Positions 52,302-64,000 of a DNA stretch of 64,000 bases are shown here, one piece after another. Location: assembly GCA_028534125.1 (NCBI GenBank), contig CM052816.1:54686001-54750000 (forward strand), given 5' to 3'. The stretch is from Lama glama (taxonomy: Eukaryota). The position numbers were made by a program, and so were the translations under genes. Each line of letters opens with the position of its first letter. Within the stretch, counting starts at the first letter, position 1. Under the pieces are notes generated by a model. The model did not search any database and was not told the DNA's origin. It was given only the letters and a program-made list of their open reading frames with translations.

Positions 52302-53783
52302 AAAGCTGTGTGGTTATGAATATGTATATGTGCTCACAATATGTTAAATGCGAATTACAGAACTGCGTTGTATGCTCTGCTTCAGTAATATGTATTTCTG
52401 TGCATACAGGAAAAGGAAAGTTCTGGAAGGACATAAATGTTTATGTTTTTGACCAGGTTGGTGGAATTATGGGTAATTTTAATTTTATTTTAGAATTCTG
52501 ATTTTTTTTTCTACAATCAGGAAAAAAACTGACAAGGTAATAAAAAGAAAATAATACTTTTCAAATTTCCCCTGTCAGAGCCTTACACCAACTTCAAGTG
52601 GCTCTTGGGTACAATTTTAGTGGCTAAATTGGCAAAACCAACCAACCAACAAACACTCACTAAAAACATGAAGTAGGTGGAGGTTGGTTTTGGTGCCTCT
52701 GCTCTTACTATGCCTCACACTGTGTAGCCCACTGAATAGCACACATCGCATTCAATGTTCAGATTAAGTTTGTTATAAGCATTGTTTAGTAAATGCCCAC
52801 CTGCTGCTCAGTCTCTCGTTTTCCTAGATAGGTAGCAGGACCATGACCAAATTATGCTAAATACGAAGCCACATTTTTCTGAAGCCCACTCTATAAATAT
52901 TCTGGTTGTCAGGAAGTCACCAAGAGCAAACACAAAGGTTAATGAGACGAAATGCCCTCAAGGAGTCACTGTCCTAAGAGGAAGACACAGGCAAGTAAAC
53001 AATTAGTCTAGAGGACTAAGTGTTGGGATGAGTTTATGTAAAGGATGGTGTGGGAACTCTGGGGTGTGGAGTGGTGAGTAGAGGGTTGGGGACCACACCC
53101 AACCCAGGCCTGTGGGAGAGTCAGGGAGATTCCCACAAGTGGTGCCTGATCTGATTTGCCGTCGCACAAGCAATCAGTTCTACCTTCCCTCAGATCAAGG
53201 CATGCTGCCACCATGCAGTTGTGTTAGGAGCCATTTTTGACTCATTTTCTCCCTTAAAGCACCCACTCATCACTAAGTTTTAAAGATTTCTCCATATTGT
53301 TCTAAATACAAATAGTTTGGGGCTTCTAAGACCTGCTTAGTGTTTAGTGTTTCACTTAGTGTTTCACAGCATGTGCCCCACACTTCACTCTTTGTTCTCA
53401 TGGTGTTGGTCACCTAGGTCCTGTTCCTGTGTCCTTATATCCTTAGTATATATCCTAGAGATTTGAGAAACTATAAAGTCTCTAGGATAAATACTCAGAA
53501 GTGGGTCTCTGGGACATGGGGCATGCATATACCTAATTGCATGAAGTAAACCAGATTGCTTTCCAGAATGCTGTACTGATTTGCACTCCTAATAGGGCAT
53601 CCAGTCTGCAGAGGAGAAAGAGTGTATCAAGTGTATACCAGCTCCTTAAAGGCCTTGCCATGGGTGTGGTACATACATTTCATTATGAGAAGTGGTCCCT
53701 GTGGGCCGTTTAACCACAAGGAGTCTGGGTAATGTAGTCCTGGGCTGGGCAGCTACTTGCCCACTACAAATCAATCACGGAAG

Positions 53784-53939
53784 CAGGGTGATGGGTATAG
53801 CTCAGTGCTAGAGCACATGCTTAACAAGCATAAGGTCCTGGGTTTGATCCCCAGTACCTCCATTTAAAAAATAATTTTAAAAAAAGAGAAAAAGCCAAGT
53901 TCATTGAAAAACAAACAAACAAACAAACAAATAAATGAG
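53784..53939 (+). mobile_element. Camelid-type tRNA-derived SINE with an extra 3' segment and a second A-rich tail
   Basis: A and B boxes; 16-bp TSD aaatcaatcaYggaag at 53768-53783 and 53940-53955. Confidence 0.9.
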
Positions 53940-54784
53940 AAATCAATCATGGAAGGAAAGAATGGTTTTCAAAGGGAAAATGGCCTTGTGGGGCTTTGGC
54001 CTTAACTCTGAATGAGAGGAAAAGCCATCTGAGAGTTGGTGGCAGACATTATATTTCACCCCTAAATACTTCTGCATGCATCTCCTAAAATAAGGACACT
54101 TTACATAATCACAGTACCATTATTAGAACATCAACAATAATATTCAAATATAATTTAGTATCCAGTCCACATTCAAATTTTTCCCAAATTGTTATGTAAA
54201 TAATTCTGGAAATCATATTTTTTGATTAACACATGTAAACAAATGGTGATCTAAGTGGAGTCCCATTTCTCCAGGCACTATCTTCCTATTTTCATGTTTT
54301 TTGTTTTTTTTTTTTTAAATCTCATTCTGAATGCTGCCCAGGAAGATGCAGTGCGCCAGCAGGACAGTAGGGGGCCTCCACACGCCCATTCTGCTTTTTG
54401 CCGAGCTTGGTGATTTCCCTCCCCATCGAGGAAGGCGTGCCCAGGAGTCTGTGTAATTCTCACTCTGTCACATCTGCGTAGGCGACTTCAAGGTGCACTC
54501 AAGACCCCACAATGTCACCCATTTCCTTATGGGAAGTCATAAAGACTTCAAAGCAAAATTTAATTTTATTCCATTAAAAAGCCAGCATAAGCTATGCATG
54601 CTATTTGGTGATTTTCATAACTGTGCTGTGAAATCAAATAAACAAAAAGGTATAATTCATTGAGCTAAATGATTAAAGACAATGACCATAATAACTTCAA
54701 AGATGGATTAACAAGTCAAATCGCCTGTAGTTAGCCATAACTCAACCATTACATACAAATTTTTAAAATATCAAAGCAGGGTGG

Positions 54785-56420
54785 GGTGTAGATGGAGTAG
54801 GACGACTCCCAGGGTGAGCAGGGGCTCTCCTCCTCCCAGGAGCACACCAAAATTATAACTACTTACAGAGCAACTATCTGTAAGAATGACCTGAAGTCTA
54901 GCAGAAAAGATTTTCCACAACTAAAGATACAAAGAAAGCACATGATGAGAGGGTAGGAGGGGCAGAGACGCAGCAGAGTCAGGATCCATCTCCCTGGGGT
55001 AGACAACCCACAAATGGGAGGGAAATCACAACTACAGAGGTGCTCCCCCAGGAGTGAGGGGTCCAGTCCCCACACAGGGCTCCCCAGCATGAGGGCCCTG
55101 CATTGGAAAGATGAACCCCTATGATGCCTGGCTTTGAAGGCCAGTGGGGCTTTCGTACAAGAGAGCCAGAGGGCTGTAGGAAACACTCTACTCTTGAAGG
55201 GCATGTGCAAAATCTCACACACTCCCAGTCCCAGTGCAGAGGCAATAATTTGAAAGGAAACTGAACCAGACTCACTTGCTGATCTTGGAGCGCCTCCCAG
55301 AGAGACAGGAGGCAACAGGGACTCATCACGGGGACATAAATGCTGTCGGCAGCAATTTAGGGGCGCTTGTTCTACCAAGAGGACATGGAGCTGGCAGGCA
55401 CCATTTTGGAGTCCTCCCTCTAAACTATTAGTGCCAAGAGCTTACCTGCTCACCAGTGGGCTGGCACTAACCCTGGGGCCCGCATGGACCACTCAGCCAT
55501 CCATCCTGGACCTAGTATGGTGGCTGCTGGCTCACTGGCCCAGCCCACCAGCAAGCCAGCAGCCAGCATACTAGGAGGGCCACACAGCCAAATGGCTAGG
55601 GGCCAGCCCCATCTACCAGCACCCCCACTGGAGTCACCCCTGCACAACAGAAGGGCCCCTACGGCCCACATGGGGTACTCCTGGAGCATACGGCCCTGGT
55701 GACCAGAGGGGCTGCGCTCCTAAGCCTCTAGGATGCTTCCTACCTAAGGCCACCTCTCCAAGTGCTTGTATCTCCAGGAAACATAACCAACTTACCTAAT
55801 ACATAAAAATAAACATAGTGAATTAGGCAAAATGAGGAGACAGAAGAATACGCTCCAAACAATGGAACAAGACAAAATTCCAGAAGAAGAACTAAGTGAA
55901 GATAAGAAATATACCTGATAAAGAGCTCAAGATAATGGTCACAAAGATGCTCAGTGAACTTGGGAGAAGAATGAATGACCACGGTAAGAATTTTAACAAA
56001 GAGAAAATACAAAGAAGAACAAAACACAGCTGAAAAATACAATAACTGAAATTAAAAATACACTAGAAGGAATCAACAGTAGGTGAGATGATACAGAGGA
56101 ATGGATCAGCAAACTGGAAGACAGAATAGTGGAAATCACTGAAGCTGAACAGGAAAAAGAAAAAAGAATTTTAAAAAATGAGGATAGTTTAAGAGAGCTC
56201 TGAGATGACAGCAAGCGTACTCACATTCACAATATGGGGCCCCCAGGAGAAGAGAGAGAGAAAGGGGCAGAGAACTTATCTGAAGGGAGAGTAACTGAAA
56301 ACTCCCCTGACCTGAAGAAGGAAACAGACACTAGATCCGAGAAGCAGAGAGGTCCAAACAAGATAAACCCAAAGTCCACACCAAGACACAATATGTTTAA
56401 AATGGCACAAATCAAAGATA
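54785..56420 (+). mobile_element. L1 5' UTR plus partial, decayed ORF1 (from about 55832), truncated at the 3' side
   Basis: Similar to 36340-38030 (e.g. ctgaacaggaaaaagaaaaaagaat, aatgaggatagttt). ORF1-like peptide ending KINPKSTPRHNMFKMAQIKDK. Confidence 0.85.
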
Positions 56421-58110
56421 AACATATTGTTCAAGATAGGCACCATATAATTTAATTTGCCTTATGTTAGGATTATTCAATTCTTGTACAGATTTTTTTT
56501 TTTTGGAGTTTCTAACTGCATCTCTAAATGAAAGAAAAAAACATGTCTTTGCCACTAGTTTTTGGCCCCCTCCCCGCCCCTGCAGCTTATTATACTGCCT
56601 ACAATCCAGTCTTTTTTTCTTGATGGTATTCTTCTTGCAGTCCAAAGACTTTCTTAAGAATCTGCATAGCTCTCATTCTGGCTTTGTTCCTCCACTGCTT
56701 GTATCTCATATCTACTTCCCCTTTGGGTTTCTCTCCTTTTTACTGGAGTACATCCTCAAGTAACCTCTTACAAAAGGGTATGTAGCAAACAAACTTTATC
56801 TGCATTCTGAAAGTGTCTTTATTTGCCTTAATTTTTGACAGATGTTTTGGATGAAAGGGAATTCTAGATCCTAAATGATTCTCCTATGGCATTTGGAAAA
56901 TCTTGCTTTTTGGCGTTCTGTTTTCAGCCTCTTTCTCAATTTCCTCCTTCCCAAGTGCAGGCTCCAGTCCAAAACCTTTCTGGACAACTGTCAGGCAGAG
57001 AAAATTGACCCCCAGCTGCCTGGAGCCCCTCGTGCACAGAACCCCACACTCTGTTCTGTCCGCATGTTCATGGCCTCTTACCATCTCCCAGAAATTTATT
57101 GAACTCTCTCAGTTGCAGATGCCCAACCCATCCCTCATTCTGACTATAAATTTACACTCAATTCTTTATCACTTCAATAGAATCTCAGGAAAGAAGGATG
57201 ACAAGAGTACATACTCAGATCACCTTCTTGAATCAGAACTTCACATAAATTTGTTTCTTTCTTGCCCTTTTCATCCTCAAAAAAATGATCAGAGCTGTAC
57301 TTGTCTCTGGTTTGCTGAATACACAGAAACTAATGACACCATGTTTATATAGCAGTTTTGCAAACTTAGCTAGGTCTTCAGATTTCAGAATTACTGAATA
57401 ATTATCTGATGATTAAGGCTGTAAAAGAAGTATACGAGGAGGGAGTGCCTCCCACAAGTCAGAGGACACAGCCCTGATTATTTTTCAGAACAAGCATTTA
57501 TTAATCTGCAAGCTTCCTGTAAACTGCCCTCGTTATAGGAAAACCATTGTTCCCGTTTCTGATAAATTCATAACTTCCAAGAGAAAAACAGATACCAGCA
57601 TTTATATTTACCACCAACCGAAGCGCAAAGCCAGTGAGGAATAAATAATGCCAATTAACCAAGTCTTAATGATTCACAGGACCCTTTCATCGTCAATTCT
57701 GATGATTTATTCGTCTGGACAAAAGCTTTGTCTCAATAAGCGTGGTAATCATGACTATAAAAGGATGGCAATGTTTAGTCCCCCACAGAGGGTATTTTGG
57801 ACTTACCTTTTTTGCAGAACTGAGGATTGTTCCAATTTTTATATTATTTGGGCATGGAATCTTATTTGAGATCAATGACGTTGGCCATCATGTCACAGCT
57901 ACAAAAAATATTATAAGAACTACAGGTATCATAAAAGGTAATGAGTAGCAGTACTCTGAACCTAACATTAGCAAGGTCCACAGATGATTTAGTAGAGGTT
58001 TGCTGCTTTTCTGTAAGAATACCTGAATATCATGTTTTCATATTGATAATAACATTTTAAAAATAATATAATATATGCATATTGTGGCTGATTGGATGAC
58101 CACATTAAAA

Positions 58111-58272
58111 ATTTTTTTTGGTAGGGGAGGTAACTCGGCTTTTATTTTGAGGAGGGGAGCAGGGAGGAAGTAATTAGGCTTATTTATTTATTTTAATGGA
58201 GGTACTGGGGATTGAACCCAGGACCTCGTGCATGCCGCACATTTTCTACCACTGAGCTATCCCCTCCCCTCC
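58111..58272 (-). mobile_element. Camelid-type tRNA-derived SINE (long form, partly duplicated tail)
   Basis: aatggaggtactggggattgaacccaggacctcgtgcatg...accactgagctatcccc, with a taattagg extension. Confidence 0.88.
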
Positions 58273-58559
58273 TTACATTTTAATTGAGTTCTGCCCAGAG
58301 GCTGCTGAGTCCACATTTCTCTTTGTGTTTGGATTTGGGGCTCCAAACTGTTTTTGGAATGAATAAGAGAAGAGCCAAGGGGAACTTAATAAGGTGATGA
58401 TGAGATTACGCCAAATGATGCCAGGGCAGGCTTCATGAATGAAGGCTTGGATGTGGTTCCAATAGAGGGAAAAGGGTGAGAGAGAATGGTCACCACATGG
58501 CCCTTTGTGGTACCGATGTGCTGAACTCAAACAAGAACCTGCACCATGGCAGCCAATAC

Positions 58560-58800
58560 CCAGAGCACTACCTCTTGTCAGGAATAGAGGCCCTGGGTCA
58601 GACTCCTGGGTTCAAAGCTCGGCTCTGTCCTCCCTCAGATGAACTTCCTCAGGAAATTCATTTAACCGCCCTGGGCCCACTGCCTTTCTTAATGATATGG
58701 GAATAATAGTAGAACTTACGGCTAGAGCTATTTGGGGGTTAAATAAAGTCATTTCAAGTGCTCTGGCTAGGAACTCAGAAAATATATCAGCAGCTATTAT
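58560..58800 (+). mobile_element. MIR SINE
   Basis: tcagactcctgggttcaaagctcggctctg...atgggaataatagtagaac. Confidence 0.7.
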
Positions 58801-59071
58801 ACTTACTACTCAAAGTGGAAATTCAGTGCCAGTTAAAATCCATCTCATCTGACATGTTACATCAACATTGTTAAATTGAATTAGGCCGGGTTATTTTAGT
58901 TTTGTTTGTGTTTAATTTGTGCATTTGTTTTTATAGTTGGATAAGCATAAGATATTTATACTTACTTTTGTGAAAGTACCATTGTAATAAAAATAATTCC
59001 AGCCAACATTTTAGGTGCCTTTCTCAAGATTTTCTAGAAACTCTGATCTTTATATATATATTTTAGATTAT

Positions 59072-59258
59072 TTTTTAAAATTGAACTATGACTCAGTTAC
59101 AATGTGTCAATTTCAGGTGTGCAGCATAATGTTTCAGTCATATACATACACACGTATATTCGTTTTCATATTCTTTCTCACTATAGGTTACTGCAAGCTA
59201 GTGAATATAGTTCCCTGTGCTATACAGAAGAAACTTGTTTTTTGTGGTCTATATTTAT
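59072..59258 (-). mobile_element. Short L1 3' terminal fragment
   Basis: cagttacaatgtgtc...attcgttttcatattc...gaatatagttccctgtgctatacag. Confidence 0.85.
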
Positions 59259-62200
59259 AACATGTGTTTTGTAAGAAGAGATCTTGTTATTCTTTTCCTT
59301 TAAAGTTTTTTTTTTTTTTTAGGAAGAAATTAGCCATTGCTGGGTTGTTATTCAGGGGAGTGGACTGTGAGCTTGTTTAGGGGATCTGGAAGTGGAGGGC
59401 TGGTTCTGGGCCTGGTGGGCAGCAGATGCTTGAAGCTCCTCTGATCCTGCCCCTCAGTGCATACAGTGGGGAGCCAGGAGACCAGTGGGGAAGGGGGCTC
59501 TTGGTACAAAACCAGACTTTGCACTGACAATGACTGGTGCTGGCCCCTTAGGACTGAGGGGGCGCCCCTGGAATTCCTGGACCTATCCAGGAGAGGGATC
59601 TGGAACGGAAAGACAGACTTTCTCATTCCAAGTAGGGTGGGACCACCAGGTCATATTAGTTTAATTATTAAATAAATACAGTGAAGCTGGAAATATACAT
59701 TGTGCATCCACTAAATTTTCTGTTGATGACCCCTCTTCCTTAGGAAGCTGAGTTGGGGACAGGAAGTGGATTTGTCCAGGAGCAGCCAGGCCACTACTGC
59801 AAGGACCCCTTCTGCACATGGTGCTGCCTCCTGGTGGTGGAGGCAAGACTTGTCCCATCCACGAGTTCAGAGGTGGCAATGTAGCCCCAGCCCTGCCTTC
59901 CGGCAGGGAATCTCGCCTTCTGTTATTCTTGTTAGACCCTTGTAACCATTAACAGCCTCACCATAAATTAATTAGGAGGGTTCAGATGAAGTGGAAAAGC
60001 TCATTGCTTCTTTGGGAAGGTGAGTATTGCATTGTTAAGAGAGGGTGGAAAAAAGTGGGCTGAGTGACAAGGAAATCCTTTGAATTGTCTGGGGGAAAGA
60101 CTATTTTTTGTTTTGTTTTAAATCAGTGAAAGGTACAAGTGCTGTCAGACACCAGTCAAGGAACACAGCTGGTATCAGCTTTGCTGGGCTCAGTGTGGAA
60201 AAACTGAAAATCTGAAAATGGCCTGTGGTACCCAGGTTGTAATACCCCTGGGACACGTGCACATCTTTCTCCTTTGGAGAATTCTCCTCTGTGAGTGGGA
60301 AGGCTGATCTTCAGACAGTCATTCTGCTATTTTGCTCATTTGTGTGGCATCTTGGGTACTGTTCAGGGTCTCAATACCAGCATGCGTGGCACATTTTAAA
60401 GCCTGTGTTCACTACAGCAGTTCTCAGACAAGACCCCCCCTCCACACACACCTCACGTGGCTCCGGACCAGCTCTAGAAAGGTCCTTTGTATGAGGAAAG
60501 GCAACCAAGTAGGTAAATGTGAATCTCTCCCTCACCCTCCACCCACTAAACGAATAAACCTTGGTTCTGGCTAGTTGCCAACAGTTGCAAATTCCCCAGT
60601 TGGGAATCTTTTGCCAAGAATCTTATCTCCTGTCATTTCAACCCGGGGTGGGGGTGCAAGGGACTTGCATGTCAGTAGCTTACAACAGCAGCGTGTGCAG
60701 GGAGACAGAGGGAGACCCAGGCCCCTGTGCGTCCTCCCTGAGAACCTGACAGAGGTTAGGCTGACACCCAGACTAATCTCTGGGGCGTTCAGCCCCAGAA
60801 GTCCAGGCCAGACCAGAGGCCAAGGGCAGACCACTGGCCCTCCAGGGAAGCCAACTCATTCAAATGCTATGTAAATGTTCCCTAAAAGAATCTGACCCCA
60901 GGCATGAGATTCTTTCCTAAGTCAGGGGATCTGCAAAGTGGTTTAGAGCAAGCCAAGTAGCGTCAGACTTGAATAGATGACCTTTTGAAGAATTGCAGTT
61001 TGGGGGACAGAAACTCATTGCTTTGAAAACAAATCTTAGCAGAATTTTCCATGTCAGAGCCATCTTCCCTGGGCCCAAGTCCATCAGATGTGTAACTTGA
61101 AACACTGTCCCCATCCTAACGCAGATCAGGCGGGGAGTGACTAACAGCTCGGGCCATCAGTTTCAGCACAAGCTGCACAATAGCACGGTGCAAGCTCTTT
61201 GTGGACATCCCCGAGTAGATGGGATGCTGGGTTCTTTAGGGTCTTTGTCACTTGTTTCCCAGAGGAACAGACACCTTGGGAGTTGACCAAGTGCAAAGAG
61301 TGTGAAGTGTTCTGTAAAATAAACCCTCCAAACCCAGGACTCACCTGTCAGGAGCTTGGCCCCACCTCACAGAAGTTGCTGTCCTTCTCGCTTCCTCTCT
61401 CCCTTCCTGCCATCCTTGTTTCCTTCCTGCCTCCCTTCCTTCTTTCCAGGTGGTTTAAGAAAGTCTTAGAGGAAACACAAAGGAGGATGAAATAAATCAC
61501 ATCCTTTAGCAGGTGCTTCTTGATCTGACCCTAAACCCTCTGCCTCTGAACGGGAGTGAGATGCAGCTGACTTCTAGGTCATTCTGATACCAGTCACCCC
61601 GATGGCCTCAGTCAGGGGCCTCTTCAGAGAACACTCTAACTTAGTGGGCATATATGTGCTCCTCTGGTTCCCTAAGCAGAAGGTAGTCTCCTTATTATGT
61701 GGTCTCAAAAAATCAAGTCACTCAGCAGTATCTGAAAACATAAAAATTTGTACACCCAGGAATATTACATTGGCTCAAATTTTTACTTTTTTTTAATGTT
61801 GAAAGTGTAGTTTTAAAATCCATTTTAAAAAAGGCTTTGCAAAGGCAATTCTAGGGGAGCTCCTCCTGTCGATGGGAAGGTGGCTTAGCTTCCTTGAAAA
61901 CAGGCCCAATTCTGTTTACAGGACAAGTGTGGAACACAGCAAACACTGGACCTGTCATGCTGGCATATCTGTTACTGATTGGTTACAGGAGGCCTTGAAT
62001 TGTCAAAGCTCCCTGTTAAAGGGGACTCTGCTCTTGTGGATGTGTGAAGTCAGGGCTCCCTCCATCCTGTAAGTGTACCCAGCAGGATCTGGGGAGAGGA
62101 TGACCTCTCGCCATCTGGTGGACACTCGTTAATTCTACTGCTGTTCTCGGTTGCTGCTGGGAAGAGTGAAGAGAGCAGGGGCCGTGGTGCTCACCTCTGG

Positions 62201-62929
62201 ACGCCCACGGAGATGTTCACATTTGTGCTCATGTCTACGTGGTGCTCAACCCCGGACACCTCTGGACACCCATGGTCCTCATCCAACCTTGGCCCTCACC
62301 CCTCGCCCTCTCTTTCTGTTTGAGATGAATGGACATACCTGCTTGTGTAGTCATTCAACATAGCGCTGGTCTCTCTCCTTGGGTTTTGGTGGTAGTAGGA
62401 TATGGAAATCCTTGGCTTCCTTGTGCATCTTTGAAGCTACAGAACTTAAAGACAATCATGACAGTAGTTGGATTCAGTCTTTCAAAGATGAAACTGAAGA
62501 CAGCTACAAAAGTACAGCTTTTACATCCACTCTGTGCAACATCTGGAGGAAGAGAGGATGTCTCTTCCTTTTCAAATCCAGGAAACTTCTTTCTCAGTGG
62601 TTTCTAGGATACTCTCCCTTGTGCATCACTGGCCCAACTCAGGGCACGTGCCCGTTCCTGAATAACCCCTGGGTCCAATGGATGGCATGACTTTTAGACT
62701 TCTCGGGCCCACTCCACGGTCTGGGGGTGGGGTCAGCCTTCTTTGAATCACACAGGCTGCGTGGGGTGGACATAGCTTCATGAAACTTGGTAAAAATCTG
62801 GGGCCTGCTAACAGAAAAAAGAAGAATGCATGTTGGGCTGGTGACCAGAATTATCCACCATTATCTTCTTAGATCTTCTTGCAGAAAAAGTTTTCTGGTG
62901 TTTCTTCTTCTACTGGGCACTGACAATAC

Positions 62930-63170
62930 TGACAGGAATAGTTATTGTATCTTACTGTCTGCCCAAGCTATGTTTTACAGATACCTTCTCATTTTAATCC
63001 TGAAAACAGTGTGGTGAGTGCCTGTATTATGGTCCCCACCTTATGAATCAGGATGCTAAGGCTCAACGGACTTCAGTGACTTGCTGAAAAAGGCAGGACT
63101 AGTCAAGGTGGAGACGAACTTCAAAGTCTGGTTCCCGGGGATGGGAAGAACATCGAACCACTGCTCACCT
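62930..63170 (-). mobile_element. MIR SINE
   Basis: ctcattttaatcctgaaaacagtg...gctaaggctca...agtgacttgc. Confidence 0.55.
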
Positions 63171-63309
63171 CATGCCAGCAGAGCCTCGCAGCTCACTGAT
63201 TCTTCCTGGCTGTTGACCTTTTACCTCAATTCCCCTTTGACAACCCTCCATGGCCACAGTGCCACCTTGCCATGTCCCCAGACAGCTCCACCTCTGGAAC
63301 TTGGAATTC

Positions 63310-63466
63310 TTTTTTTTTTTTTAATTTTTACTTTATTTTACTAGGGGGAGGGAGGTAATTAGGTTTTTATTTACTTGCTTAATTTTTTTAATGGAAGTCC
63401 TGGGGCCTGAACCCAGCACCTCGTGCATGCTGAGCATGTGCTCTGCCACTGAGCTGTCTCCTCCCC
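63310..63466 (-). mobile_element. Camelid-type tRNA-derived SINE (long form)
   Basis: Poly-T, gggaggtaattaggttt extension, tgaacccagcacctcgtgcatgctgagcatgtgctctgccactgagct. Confidence 0.88.
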
Positions 63467-64000
63467 TCTTTTGTGACTCTTTCTTTTGCCTTCTTTGTTC
63501 ACACCCTCTGGTGTTTGGCTTTGTCCTTTCCTGCTCCCCCATCAAAGCTCCTCTTGACCCGCTTTACCGCCCGTGTTCCCTGTCTCCCACCCATCTTCCT
63601 AACCTGCCAGCCCCTGCTTCTTTTCCTTCTCTAACTTGCTCGGACTCCATGGCAACCACTTCATTTACATGCTCATCAACCCTTCCATTTCCTCACACTC
63701 AGTACCCCCGGACTGTCCTAGCCTTGCTAATCCCCACCCAGGAATCCATCCTACGCAAAATTCCCATGCTGGAGTTTCTTTCTTAATGCCTGGGGAGAAA
63801 AGTCTTAATTCCTGTTTCTAGCCCAGCTGGACACCTGGGGCTCTTGTCAACCATGCCTGGTACCCAGGCTCTCCATGAACCCCTCCCACAGTAGATGACT
63901 GGACTACAGAAGGGTCCTCCTGTCTTTCTGATGAAGGGGCCCTCAGGGGGAAGCCATCGCTGAGTAGAGGTCCCCCTTTTACCCACACACTCACCAGGCA

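Noticed and set aside
45377..64000. F2R (PAR1) or another coding gene upstream of F2RL1
   Set aside because: No GPCR-like or otherwise recognisable coding exon in any frame. Small exons could be missed without alignment.

Overview
Mammalian genomic DNA, very probably from a camelid (alpaca/llama/camel), judged by the tRNA-derived SINEs of the vic-1 type and the L1 3' ends. The only protein-coding gene I can support is F2RL1 (protease-activated receptor 2, PAR2) on the minus strand. It has a CpG-island promoter, coding exon 1 (23066-23147), a 9.08 kb phase-1 GT-AG intron and coding exon 2 (12874-13985), giving an intact 397-aa GPCR with cleavage site SKGR/SLIGKA. The rest is intron or intergenic sequence rich in L1, L2, CR1/L3, MIR, MaLR/ERV LTRs, MER5-like elements and SINEs, with a 500-N scaffold gap at 44877-45376. 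I see no new multi-gene system. The most unusual items are a ~2.8 kb ORF1-only ('half-L1'-like) composite retroelement, a ~350 bp orphan retro-insertion in the intron, a SINE with an apparent 3' transduction, lineage-specific changes in the PAR2 N-terminus, and several candidate regulatory or alternative-exon signals. Repeat family names come from my recollection of consensus sequences, not from a database search, and repeat boundaries are approximate unless target-site duplications (TSDs) are quoted.
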